Source: Octopus sinensis (taxonomy: Eukaryota). From it: a DNA stretch of 64,000 bases. Of this stretch, positions 12,057-25,289 are shown piece after piece (within the stretch, counting starts at the first letter, position 1; each line of letters opens with the position of its first letter). Where the stretch lies: NCBI RefSeq assembly GCF_006345805.1, contig NC_043004.1:6200001-6264000 (forward strand), read 5' to 3'. The notes below the pieces were generated by a model, which saw only the letters and a program-made list of their open reading frames with translations, did no database searches and was not told the DNA's origin. The position numbers and the translations under genes are program-made.

Positions 12057-13876
12057 GATGAGTCAGAGGACTACATTCTGTCTGAATGTCTGTTTTGTTG
12101 TAATTTCTATGGCTGGATACCCTTCCTCATGACATCCACATTACAGAGGGTACTGGGGGTGTTTTCTTTGTAACACCAGCACTGGTGAGGTCACCATTTA
12201 AGATTTAATTTCTTTTTAGTCAAAAAAAATAAAAAAACACAAAACCACAGCAGGAAATGGTCAAGCAAAAACAAAGGGCAATGAACATAATACACATTCA
12301 GATTTTCTGTAAGAATCTCCTGGTAGACTTTATAATTGATTTCAGTCATGAGAGAAGCAAAAGATTGTTTGGTGCTGGGTCTCATGGATGAGTTCATGAA
12401 ATTTCCCTACATTTTCTAATATTTAGTATGACTAGTCACTTTGAAAGCTCATCATCTTCAATCAACACTTCAACTTTGAGAACCTCGTACCACTCAAAAA
12501 CATGTGCTTGACCTAAAGCATGATCACCAAAAACTAGAAACATTTCAAAAGGTCTTGGTAGCAGACTTGCTGCTTTATACAAAATTTAATACAGGTACAT
12601 CATCATCATCATCATCACTGGTTTAACAACCTATGCTTGCATACATTAGACAGAATTTGTTGAGGCAGATTTTCTACAGCTGGATGTTCTCCCTGTTGCT
12701 AACCCTAAACTGCTTCAAAGCAAGTTAATATTTCCCCCATGGTGAAGCATCTTCCACAGATGACTGGAAATGGACAACATTTCTTGTATGGTGGTTAAAC
12801 CTGTTTACAACCATCATGTGATGTCACACACACGTGCACATGGACACATTAGTAAATTGATCAAATTCTGTAGCCATTGTTAATATCACAGACCTGTTCT
12901 AACACACCATTACAATAACTCACATAATTGAAAATGACTAGAAAGTATGAAGCTTATTTGTAGACTGGCTCAGCAGGCTGGCAACAAATGATGTTCAGCT
13001 GTACAGGCAGTTATATTGAACAGCACAATCACAACACATGCAGTCAGAAACTTTCTGATAATATCTCATATATGTCCTCCATATTTGAGCAGTTCCATCC
13101 TGTCATGTAATCTGCCGAGTTTATAACTGCATCACCATCATCATTTAATGCCCACTTTTTTGTGCTTGCATGGATTGGTCAGAATTTGATGAGGTAGATT
13201 TTCTATGGTTAGATACCCTTCCTGTGATTAGCTCTCACTTGGTTCCAAGCAAAGTAATATTTTCTCATAGCCAGACATGGTTTTCATGGAAGACTGGAAA
13301 CAAGCAATATCACTTGTATGATAGTAGAAAATACTTGCCTAAGTTGCCATGCAGTGGGACTGAACTCAAAACCACATGATTGAGAAGCTTATCTACACAG
13401 TTATACCCATGCCTGCATCATGTATATAGGTAAATGGTTACTAACTTGTAAGCAGCAAGATAAATGCTATCAGATTAGACCACTACAAAATGCCAGTGAG
13501 TTTCACCCAGTTCACTTGTGATACAGATTATGGGTTTGTTTTCAACAAGATTAATCATAATGCTAATCTTGAATTATTATTTTGAGAAACATGAGTTTTT
13601 TTTACCTTTTCATTCAATTTGTCCCTGATATGTAAAATATAAACAGTGTAGTTTGGTGCCTTTAGTTAAGAGTTATTAGAAGGCGGAAATACTGCTCTAA
13701 CGATTACAGCAATCAACCAATAGTAATCACCTCATTCATTTATATTGCATTTAAGAGCCACATTCTTTCGCTATCAAAGATAATGCTCTTCAGTGAGTTC
13801 AATGTTCAGTGTCACAAATATTTTACCAATTTTCGTTTTTTGGGTTGTCTCCATGTTGTCTAAAGTATCAGTTGTC

Positions 13877-13914
<38 letters not shown>

Positions 13915-14194
13915 GATGGCATCTTATCACAGGTGATCCTGTTTGTGGAATGCACGAGAAGTGGTTAGTTGATATTTTTAACCGATTAAGATCTACTACA
14001 GGGAGTAGAAAGCAGATAGTTGAACACATAATGAACCAAATGATTTGTAGACCAATTAAAAAGTGAAATCAGCATCATATTATAGGACTGTTATCAACTA
14101 GTTTCATACTAATATTATTTTGTGCTTTCATCTAAGATGTAATACGAATAAAAAAATTTAAGCCATGATCTCCATTATGATTATATCCACCATT

Positions 14195-14246
<52 letters not shown>

Positions 14247-14728
14247 GAAAAGGAAAGGTCAGACATGGAAGCTAATAAAAACTTTCGTGTAAAGAGCATT
14301 TCTTTTAGATAGTAACTTCCTGTATCTTTGATTGAATGGTGTACATCACTGAAATATTTAACATTTTAAAAATATCTATGAAATGGCTTGCATGTGCAGA
14401 GCGAAAATGTCTGCACAGGCTCAACCAGATAATGATGATGCCACCAAAAAGGAGCAATATTATTGTTAAAGGCGTGAAATTGGTGAGATCCTTTGGACAA
14501 TAACTGACAAGGATTTGGTGACATTCTGTTTGCGCTTATATAAGTTGTGTTTTTTCTTTTTTTGAACATAATGTCATGCCATGCACTATCTTATTTTGTT
14601 AACCTTCTGTGAATAAATATATATAAATATACTTTATTAAAAAGCAGCAAAAATATCACAAAAAACTGTTTCTCAGAGTTTCATGTTCCTGTTCGTTGGA
14701 CAGTTTTGTTTAGAATATATATATATTT

Positions 14729-14889
14729 GGTGCAGACATGGTTATGTGGTAAGAAGCTTGCTTCCCAACCACATGGTTCCAGGTTCAGTCCCGCTGCTTG
14801 GCACCTTGGGTAAGTGTCTTCCACTATAGCCTTGGGCCAACCAAAGCCTTGTGAGTAGATTTGGTAGATGGAAACTGAAAGAAGCCATC

Positions 14890-14950
<61 letters not shown>

Positions 14951-15160
14951 TGTGTGTGTGTGTTTATGTCTGTTTGTCCCCACCACCATCACAACCGATG
15001 AGGGTGTCTTTACATCCCCATAACTTAGCTGTTCAGCAGAAGAGACCGGTAGAATAAGCACCAGGCTTACAAAGAATAAGCCCAGGAGTCGATTTGTTCA
15101 ACTAAAAGGTGGTACTCCAGAATGGCCACAGTCAACTGACTGAAACAAGTTAAAAGAATA
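14729..15160 (+). mobile_element. Full-length tRNA-head SINE with (TA)n(CA)n(TG)n core
   Basis: Colinear with 62385-62761 from head to the gactgaaacaag..aaaagaata tail. Confidence 0.9.
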
Positions 15161-15884
15161 TACTTTAAATTTATTTCTTGAGGCACAAGCATAGCTGTGT
15201 AGTTGAGAAGTTCCCAACCATGTGGTTTTGGGTTCAGTCCCACTGAGTAATGCCTTGAGCAAGTGTTTTCTACTATAGTCTTATCCCAACTAGTTTTGTC
15301 AGTGGATTTGGTAGAAAGAAACTGAAAGAAACTTGTGTGTTTGTGTCTCCTTGTATATAAGTGTTACCATCATGCTAGCATGAAAATATGTCCAGCCAAG
15401 GGGAACTATTGCTTACCTTGGAAGCAAGTAAGGGTTGGCAACAGGAAGGGTATCCAACCATAGCATATTTACTTCAGTGAATTCTGTTTGACCCTTGCAA
15501 GTAGGATAATGATGATGATGAGGTGTCATGAATTTATATTTGGTAAGCTTTTCAATGGTTCTTCCATGGTGTAGTTGCTAAAGCGAGGTTATTTAACTTT
15601 ACATATACATACACACCTACACACACAAACATATGTATAGAGATGCCTAGGCTAATTCCATTCTTGAAATTCTTTCATTGGCAATCGCTTATTCCTAACT
15701 CATCATGTCTCTCCTCTGCTACTTCAGTTCTTACTACAATTTCTCTCTCTCTCTCTCTCCTCTTGGTTATATTTATTTCATTTCATCATTATTTGGTTTG
15801 AGTCTGTGCAGATATTTTTACCCCGTACATGCCATCCATTTCATAGCTGTTCTTAAATATTTCAATGATGTGTACTATTCAATC

Positions 15885-16365
15885 AAAAATACAGAAAATT
15901 ACTTGCTTCCCTGGGCATAGATACATTGAAGCTCTGACGTTTGGCAATTGACTTGGTAAACACCCACAAAATTATTAACCATTGTGCCAACCACCACCTT
16001 GAGTATCTTTTTGTGCTCCATGTGTCTAACACATGTAGGCATGCCTACAAAGTCAGAAAACAGCACAGCTTCCATGACTTTCAGAAACATTTTTTCACAA
16101 TCAGAGTTGCTAAAGCATAGAACAAACTACCTGTATCAGTTATTAATTACCGAGACATTGCATCCTTTAAAACCTCCATGCTTCCTGAAATTTGCCAACA
16201 CTACACCTGATATCCCCCACCTCTATATGCATGCACACATGTATATCATGATCCATACACTGTTCACTTTCTTGACTTTTGTACATAATTCTATGTACTG
16301 TACATGCACCTTTGGTGAGTTGTGGTGCACCTGAGTACAATACACAATAATTTCATTATTATTAT
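15885..16365 (+). mobile_element. CR1-type LINE 3' end, degraded
   Basis: Homologous to 19721-20090; frameshifted ORF2 C-terminus; (ATT)n tail. Confidence 0.85.
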
Positions 16366-16757
16366 TTTTTAAACAAATGCTCTTTCCAGGAAAGCTGAAC
16401 ACATACGGTTAAACAGAAGCAACACAAACACACACACATGTATACATATGTATATCTATGTATTTGCTCCCTTGATGACTGGACAAATAAAACATCATTT
16501 CATGCTGTTATGTGGAATCTGGGTGAGGCTTGGGGCTCTATGTGGCCACATAATTTGCTAGAATTAATGACAAAATCTCCTTTAGATTATACCTTTGGAT
16601 AATGTAGTCTTTGATGGACTGTCACAAAAAAAATACAAAAAATAAAACAAAACAATAAAGTATGGTCATAGCTGGAATGCTTTTGATTACAGAGGTATGT
16701 TTGATCAGGGCTGGCCTGAGACTACGACAACAGCCATGTTCACATTATGCACAGTAA

Positions 16758-16788
<31 letters not shown>

Positions 16789-17245
16789 CACACACAAACA
16801 CATATGCACAAAGACATAAATATGTATGGTGCGTGTGTGTATGCACATACGTACATATATATATATATATATATATGCATGTAGTTATTTATTTATATAG
16901 GTGTAGCTGCATGGCACCTTGGACAAGTGTCTTCCACTATAGCCTTGGGCTGACCAAAGCCTTGTGAGTGGAGTTGGCAGATGGAAACTGAAAGAAGCCT
17001 GTCATACATATATATATATGTATGTATGTATACATGTATGTGTGTTTGTGCCCCCACCATCACTTGAAAACTGATGTTGGTGTGTTTACATCTCCGTAAC
17101 TCAGCAGTTCAGCAAAAGAAGTGCTCCAGCATGACTACAGTCAACTAACATATACACACACACACATATACATGCACATACGTATCAATATATATCTCTA
17201 CACAGACACATGTATGTGTCTGTGTGATGCCTGTGTATGTTGTTC

Positions 17246-17285
<40 letters not shown>

Positions 17286-17407
17286 CTACACACACACACA
17301 TGCACACACAAATATACACATACATGCACATGTATTGATATATATCTCTACACAGACACATGTATATGTCTGTGTGCATAGTGTGTATGATGCCTCTGCA
17401 TACATTG

Positions 17408-17453
<46 letters not shown>

Positions 17454-17492
17454 GCAAGATTTTTTATGTGAAGTCGTGTATTGAAACAGATA

Positions 17493-17861
17493 TTGTTATA
17501 TTTCAGAATGGTCATTTTGCCAGCCAATAAAAACACACGCACTATACAAATATTACAGGCATCCCCCCCCACACACACACTAAATAAACATAGACGCACA
17601 TAGAGATATAAACATGCGCATATGAAGGCATACAATAGAAATACAAAATGGCTGACGGTTAGTAAGGAGAGACACAAATAAGAAAGAAGAAAACAAAGGA
17701 CCACTGATGCAGTCACAGGAGTGTGACGAAAGAACTCTGGCCGAAATAAGATTAAGATTAATGTAAAAAATAAATAACACTGAAGCAAAATAACACCAAA
17801 TATATAGTGCGTGTGTTTTTATTGGCTAAACTGGCAAAATGGCCATTCCGAAATATAACAA
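17493..17861. mobile_element. Inverted-repeat (MITE-like) element of unknown superfamily
   Basis: Left ttgttatatttcagaatggtcattttgccag-ccaataaaaacacacgcactata (17493-17546) versus the reverse complement of 17803-17861. They differ by two substitutions and a 5-bp indel. A further end copy lies at about 39812-39842. Confidence 0.75.
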
Positions 17862-17885
17862 AATATATATATATATATATATATA

Positions 17886-18066
17886 TACATACATATAAGA
17901 GGGATGACCTGTAAATGAACATCCATTATGCTAGAAGAAGATCCGTTATGGTCTTACCACTAAGAAAGGAAAGTTCTCAAGAACTTTCTTAGTGGTAAGA
18001 CCATAGCGGATCTTCTTCTAGCATAATGGATGTCCACTTACAGGTCATCCCTTTTATATGTATGTA
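17886..18066. repeat. Long palindrome/foldback: 83-bp arms (17886-17968, 17984-18066), 79/83 complementary
   Basis: Base-by-base comparison gives mismatches at 17899, 17915, 17918 and 17946 only. Confidence 0.97.
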
Positions 18067-18167
18067 AAATAATTTTTTCTGAAACTTCAGATTTTTCAAT
18101 ATGCTAGACCACTGGTTTTAAATTGATATTTAATCAAATTAATATTCAATTTTTCACACTTATTATT

Positions 18168-18241
<74 letters not shown>

Positions 18242-19194
18242 AGGTACATGTATGGTGTCTGTGTGCACATGCAAATCTACAGTCATGAAGAAAAATTATT
18301 ATTTTTTTTATTTTGATAAATTTTTGAAAGAAAAAAGTACTTGAGAAAAAACAGCAAAACTACTATAAAGAAATTCACGGTAACCGAGTATCAACAAGAG
18401 GTAAGTGAATTTAGTAATCGACCAATTATACTTATTATCTTTTTTTGTCTGAATGTCAAGACCAAGAGACTAGTATTGTCCCACTGACCTGTTGCACTCT
18501 GCCAACATATGGAGTTGGTGCATTTTAAACTGCCAAACATAAAAATTACTATGGGAGTAGCAAAATACTTCGATTCTGCAGAACAAAATAAAATATATTG
18601 TAACTTTCTAAATATATTCAATAGGTGTAGGCATGGCTATAGTAAGAAGTTTGCTTCTCAACCACATGGTTATGCATTCAGCCCCACTGAATGGCATCTT
18701 GAGCAGGTGTCTTCTACTATAAGCCTATATGAATTCTAGGACTTTAGACAGTAATGTCCAGGGAACTTACCCCATGATGGCACAGGCTGGATGGTCAGAC
18801 AGGACCTGACAAATTGAAGGAAGTGTCACGTTTCAATGTCTCAAGTTTTGGTAAGGTTTCTATGGTAGGATGCCCTTCCTAACACCAACCACTTTACATA
18901 GTGTGCTGAATTCACTTTTTTTGTGTGTGTTATCAGCACTAGATGTTGTCTTCCAAAACTGAAGAGTTATCTAAGCCCCTTGTCATCTCTACTCAATTTA
19001 CAAACTACTTTACAATGAACTGGGTACTTTTCCTATAGAACCAGCATGGTAAGGCCTCCTTGTAACTTGTTTGACTAAAGAGAGCCCACTGACTATTGGA
19101 TGTAAATTTCTTTTTTGGCCATAAACCTCCTTTGTAAGATAATGAGCAAAACAATTAATTTGACTGTGCAATAGTCTGTAAATATTTACTTTAA

Positions 19195-19402
19195 CCCTTT
19201 GACATTCAAACCGGCTATATCCGGTCAAAATATTTAACCTGTTTTATGCTGAAACTGATTAGATCTAGCTGATAACCACTACCCTACAGTATCATTTTAA
19301 AACTAAACAATCACATCATCAGAATCTCTAAACTACAAGATTATGCATGATTAATTTAAAACAATATAAACAAACGTTACATTTGACAGAATAATCTGAA
19401 TA
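19195..19402. mobile_element. piggyBac-type MITE (one end eroded)
   Basis: TTAA-CCCTTT terminus; body is the reverse complement of the 50936-51155 family. Confidence 0.7.
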
Positions 19403-19685
19403 CTGATGATGATCACTAAATGATTAATGACCTCAGAAGTTGATGTCAATCTTGATGGGATTTGAACCAGGAGCAGGTAGCAACAAATTAGTTGTCTACA
19501 GAACTTCTAGTATAGCTCTCCTATGCTTGAACTAGTTCCACAATCAGCTAAACATTATCTAGCTAGGAAATATTAATACATAATGAATCACTTCCTAATT
19601 TTACATCAAATGGCACGTCTGTAGAAACCACACATAGAAAGCGATATTTTATATCAATGATTCCTGATAATTTTTTTATTTGATA

Positions 19686-20469
19686 CAAGCAGCTGAAATG
19701 GGGTTCCTCAGAAGAATATTGTTTCCCTGGGCATGGATTCACTGAAGCTCCGGCGTCTGGCGACGGACTTGGTAAACACCCACAAGGTTATCAACCACCT
19801 CACCAACAACAACACTGAACACCTTTTTGATCTCCATGTGTCTAACACACGTGGACATGCCTACAAAGTCAGAAAACAACACAGCTCCCATGACTTTCGG
19901 AAACATTTTTTCACGCTCAGAGTTGCTGAAGCATGGAATAAACTGCCTGCGTCAGTTGTTGACTGCCATGACACTGCATCCTTTAAGGCCCTCATGCTTT
20001 CCGAAATCCGCCGAAACTACACCTGATTATATATACACTTTAGATGAGTTGTAGTGCACCTGAGCACTGTACACAATTATTATTATTATTAATGTTACTC
20101 AAAAGGGTGTACAGCTTGGAGATCAGGGAGTCTCTCCAGGTTGAGCCACAACTTCTCTGCACTGAGAAGTCACAGCTCCAGTACTATTATGGACATGTTA
20201 TTAGAATGTCACAGGAAAGAATTGCAAAACAGATTCTTCAAGCCAAGCCAAGCCAAGCTATGCCAGCCAGCAGAAGATTTAGGGGTAGACCAAGAATGAG
20301 ATGGTTGGATAATATCCATAGTCTAAGTTGGTCATACTTGGGAATGCAGCAGGTAAGTGTAATGATGGTTGCTTCTGATAGGACTCTATGGAGGGGAGGT
20401 ACCCAAGGACTCTACCACCATGACCCTCCCAGGAATACTGGGTGGACAAGGTGGATGGAAAGATGGACA
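19686..20469 (+). mobile_element. RTE-clade LINE ORF2 C-terminal remnant split by a CR1 insertion
   Basis: QAAEMGFLRRI (19686-19718) resumes after 20090 as ..EIRESLQVEP..GHVIRMSQERIAKQIL..RGRPRMRWLD..ASDRTLWR. GGAT-like tail. Confidence 0.8.
19721..20090 (+). mobile_element. CR1-type LINE 3' end, young
   Basis: Open ORF2 C-terminus MDSLKLRRLATDLVNTHKVI...TRGHAYKV..FFTLRVAEAWNKLP..FK, then 3' UTR and (ATT)n tail. Confidence 0.9.
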
Positions 20470-22248
20470 GTATACATGTCCTTTTAAAATCTCTTGAATC
20501 AAAAGCTAGAGTAAACCAATCTAACTATTATAAGGTGTCTGGACTGACCTATCAGCCTGCTGTTTCTATGCTAGAAAGAAGGATAAATCAATCTATTGAA
20601 GACTGTAGATACTTTCCTTTGTCCATAAAGAGTCAGATGAATAAAACAGCATTTCATACAATAACACCCTTCTTTTTGCATCTAATCAACATCATTAACA
20701 GTAATTATGCTTAGTACATGTTTAGCAATTTGCATTAATATAGCTAAAGTGTAAATGTTAAAAGTAATTATAAGGGACAATCTTTAGCAATTTACAATAA
20801 TTTCACTAAAGTGCAGATGTTATTGTGGTGAAGTTTCTTTCACTCACTCATTTATATAGAGTTACCAAAAATTATAAATTGCCTGACTGTCCTGATTTAC
20901 ATTTATGACCATTGATGAAGTAACTATAACCAAAGACTGTTTGTCTATGTTAAGCTATAGATATACCACTATAATTTTTCTAATAAATATAGGTGTAGGT
21001 ATGGCAGCATGGTTGAGACGCTTGTGTCTGAAACATGTGGCCTTGGGTTCAATCCTATGGTATGGTATTTTGGGTAAGTGTCTTTTACAAATAGACCTAG
21101 GCTGACAAAAGCCTTGTGAATGGATTTTGTAGACAGAAACCTGTCATATAAATGTGTGTCTGTGCGTGCGCGTGTGTGTGTGTGTACCCTTGTCTTTACA
21201 TCATATGGTTATTGTAAACAAGTATTACCATAATAGAAATGATATTGCTCATTTCTAGTTTTCTGTGGAAAACATGTCTGATCATGGGAAAATATTACCT
21301 TGCTTGGAAACGGGTGAGAATTGGCGACAGGGAGGGTGTCTGGTCATTGAACATTTACCTCAACAAATTCTGTCTGACCTACACAAGCATGGGAAAGTGG
21401 ACATTCACATAATTGGTTACATTGCTGTCCAAACAAGACATATTGCAAGACAATATAAAAATATCACCCACCTTTTTTCATTCTAGGCATTCGCTCTGCC
21501 CTAAACCATAACAACAAGTTTTCTATACCATAACGTACAATATCAAGACGCCGTAGACGTGTCAGTTTGGAGAAATCATTTTGGGTATTATTAATTGTCA
21601 AATTTGGAGTGCTTTCATATTTAAAGACAGACATTGCTGCTTCAACTATTTCACTGTACACTCACTCATCAAATGTTTAGATCATGAGGTGCCGACATAT
21701 AATTACTTTGAAAACAAACTGTTTTCAATATAATTAACAAAGCATACTATTAGATGCAAAAATATATAATGCATAGTTTTATCTAAATGCAACAAGATAT
21801 GCTGAATATTGAAATATTAAGAAATAATCTAGAAATGGAATAGTCTATTTTAACTGATTATTGTCAAATAGTCACCCCCTTTAGCTAAAATGGACTGACT
21901 ATTTAAAGTAAATTTTATGTAAACACATATAGATAATACTGGTATAGTTAATACTGCATTTGATAAAACATTTTTTTTTTAAAAAAAGAGATAGAGCTTT
22001 GATAAAGACAACCAAATGCAGAGAGGTCAAACAGTTCATGTGATTAAGAGTACAAAGTCAAAGATTTTGGTAAATGCCAACTCCTCCTCCTCCTGCACAT
22101 TCCACAGAAGAAGAAAAAACCATGATAATGCAATTACAAAAGAGTTCAATGAATACTTAATATGGACATCAGCAAAGAAGTTATTGGTCAAAGATTGAGA
22201 CAAAATAACAGTTCATGCCAGAGAATCTTCCTAATTTCTTTAAAATAT

Positions 22249-22366
22249 GCTTATGGCCATATCACGTTGAAAGCACTGGTTCTCGTCCGATCACCGAAGT
22301 TAAGCAACATTGAGCCTAGTTAGTACTTAGATGGGTGACCGCTTGGGAAACCTAGGTGCTGTAAGC
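22249..22366 (+). rRNA. Full-length 5S rRNA-like sequence (solitary; probably a retrocopy or SINE head rather than an rDNA unit)
   Basis: GCTTATGGCCATATCACGTTGAAAGCACTGGTTCTCGTCCGATCACCGAAGTTAAGC...TAGTACTTAGATGGGTGACCGCTTGGGAAACCTAGGTGCTGTAAGC. Helix I (GCTTATGGC/GCTGTAAGC) can pair and A- and C-box-like sequences are present. No oligo-T terminator follows. Confidence 0.92.
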
Positions 22367-22524
22367 ATCACACATAACGGCGATGCATCAGCATGGCCGC
22401 AGCTCTGAGCTGAAACTACAGAAGAAAAAAAAAGAAACATTCTGTGGGAAAAAACCCCATCTTTCTATATCAAGCTTCAAATGCTAAAATTGGAGAGGAG
22501 GGTTCTGTAGATTTGCTTTTTTTC

Positions 22525-23110
22525 TAAACAAGGATTGAGGCCACTGTAGCATAAGGACTATAAAGAAAGAAAAGAAAGGTCCTATAAATTCCAAAGGTGT
22601 TGATTTACAGAAAGCTTAAAGGACTGAATATCATAGAATAGAGGAAAAGAAGATGGTGATAATGTGTTCCAGAGAGCAGCAGTTTCATGACACAAGATAC
22701 TAGAATAAAAGGACATGTGACCCAGAGTGGGTGAAATGTTTAAAGATCTTAACAGCAAGTACTTGACGAGAGATTTGAGAGGAATGAACATAGAAATACT
22801 GATAGAGAAGACAAAGACACATTTTGATGATGAGCCAAATATTTCAACTGAATAGAAACAAGAGGAACCACTATGTTGGCAACATGATTCTGAACTTGTT
22901 TAAGCAAGTGAAGACATTCAGATGAGGCATCAGCCCAAAGACAACAGCAATATTCAATGCAAGGTTGAATGGTGGCCTTATACAAGATACTCACAGGTAG
23001 AAGAAACCTGCAAGCACGGAAGAGCGATCCGACCTTTTTGGCAGCTGACATGGCAATGGACAGAACATATTTGTTCCAAGAGAGATTCTTGATCAACTGA
23101 ATGCCATATC
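22525..23110 (-). mobile_element. L2/CR1-group LINE ORF2 C-terminal remnant
   Basis: LSWNKYVLSIA..AAKKVGSLFR..LYKATIQPCIEYC..LW and LWNTL..FP..YDIQSFKLSVNQHL; frameshifted; A-tail near 22525. Confidence 0.8.
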
Positions 23111-23924
23111 AAATATTAACAGTCACAATAGTCAAATGGATCAGTAAGAATCATTTAGTGGAAAAGAATAAAGCATTTCCATCTGAATACTGATGCCAGG
23201 AAACACACTGCACAGTTCTTAATTGACTTTTTTGGCAGTATACCAAAGGAGGGAACAACTTAGTAAAACACTATCAGAAGAACTTGGTAGAACACTAAAC
23301 TAAATAGGAATTGTGAAATAGCTTATTGGCCTATAATACCAAAATGTAATCCTCTTACTAAAAATTTAATGAATGAATTAAAACTAAATACTAAGTTACA
23401 AAATGAGAATGGTGTTTATTTTCAGCGACACTGATTAAGATAAGTGGAATAATATGGTTGGCTGAGAACATAATTTGAATGCCTGATATTTGGATATGTG
23501 ACCCAAAGCTTTAATCCTTTCTAAAAGTAATTTCCATGAGACCAGTGAGTACCTGCCTTAGACATTTCTATTGCTATAATTATGAGAGGGAGGTGTGTTT
23601 GTGTGGTAGTGTTTTATCCAGTTATTTTTGTTGCCAACATCGTGAGAAATAGTGGAGAATTTTCTAGAGAATGAATATATTAATGTCAGAAGTTTTAGTA
23701 ACAAAGTCACCCCACAAAACTACGAGGAATTGTTTACAAAAACAACAAGTGTAAAGAAATGTTTCAGTAATAGATAACGTATCAATCTAGAACAATTGTG
23801 TATTATTAGATTGAATCAAGATTAAATATGTAGGTTATAAAATATATAAATTGCATGGCTGCAATATGCATAAATGGCAACTTTTTTTTTTTTTTTCAAG
23901 AAACAGATTAGAGAGCACTGAATA

Positions 23925-24048
23925 CATACTATCTTCGTGGTGGTTCTAAATTAAAACATAGTATCTTTGTGGTGATTCTAAATTATAACATACTATCTTT
24001 GTGGTGGCTCTAAATTATAACATACTATCTTTGTGGTGGTTCTAAATT
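23925..24048. repeat. 32-bp minisatellite (catactatctttgtggtggttctaaattataa) x4
   Basis: Units at 23925, 23957, 23989 and 24021, with no spacers. Confidence 0.95.
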
Positions 24049-24851
24049 TTAAGCTAATATAGAATAAGCAGCTATAAAAGAAGCTGAATCCATAACATGG
24101 CATCTGTAAATACTGGTACCTTTCCTTGAGCCTTAAGATTCATAGGGGCCAGTCAACCAGTTTTCATGGCATATAGGTAACTGATATGACTATTCTCCTG
24201 GACAGTCCATTTCAGGGTTTGCAGAGTTCAAGGTCAGCAATTTTGAGGGGAGAACTATGGTCAATTACATTGACCCCCAGTATTTAGTATTTGACTGATA
24301 CTTTATTTTATTGACCCCCAAAGGGATGAAAGGTACAGTTGACCTCAGCAGGATTTGAACTTGTAAAGAACTGGAAGAAATGCTGCCAAGCATTTTGTTT
24401 GATATGCTAAACTGCCAGCTCACCGCCTTTCTAGCACCTTTACTGATACTTGATATTACAGTTGAAGGAACTCATAAAGCTAACTGTAGACTCCGTGCTG
24501 TTAAATAGATAAGAGAGAAATCACATAAGAAAGCCTGTGATTTCAAAACTTTACAAAACCAGGTGCCTGTTCTTCAAAACTAATGACTACATAGGTATCA
24601 CAAAAGGTTCATAATCAACATGATTTCATAACCTATAAACTGGGAGTTCACTACTTTACTCATCCACTTTCACCTCGTACAGGGAGAGTGACACTCAAGC
24701 AGTTTAATGATTTATAGACAGCTCCAACTTCCTGGAAACCAAGTCATGGATTATTTCAACAACTTTCAAGACATGTAAAATTTATAGAAATGGAAGTTGT
24801 TAGAATGTAGAAGTTGAAAAACCTATGCTCAAGGCTTTCCAAGTGCTACAA

Positions 24852-25035
24852 GAGGCACATGACTAAGTGGTTAAGGGGTTGCACTCATGATCATAAGATT
24901 GTGGTTTCAATTCTTGGACTGGGTGATACATTGTGTTCTTGAGCAAAACACTTCATTCCACATTGCTCCAGTCCACTCATCTGGCAAAAATGATTAACCC
25001 TGTAACAGACTGCTGTTTCATCCCATCCAGAAGGG
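24852..25035 (+). mobile_element. tRNA-head SINE with V/Meta-like domain
   Basis: Pol III-like head, gtgttcttgagcaaaacacttcattccacattgctccagtccactca, and aaccctg..gactg..cccatccag tail. The domain name is from memory. Confidence 0.6.
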
Positions 25036-25152
25036 GACTGTAGAAACACTGCCAGATCAGATTAGGGCCTGGTGCAGCCTCCTGCCTTCCCAGACCCCAG
25101 TCGAACCGTCCTACCCATGCCAGCATGGAAAACGGACGTTAAATGATGATGA

Positions 25153-25156
25153 TATA

Positions 25157-25187
<31 letters not shown>

Positions 25188-25289
25188 GTATATATGTGTA
25201 TGTGTGTGTATATAATATATATATGTATATATATATGTATGAGTATGTATGTATATATATATATATATATATGTATATGTATGAGTATG

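Noticed and set aside
22249-22366. Functional 5S rDNA array
   Set aside because: Single copy, no T-run terminator and no tandem neighbours.
23925-24048. Four 32-bp repeats with CRISPR-like unit length
   Set aside because: Head-to-tail with no unique spacers, no cas genes, eukaryotic intron: a minisatellite.
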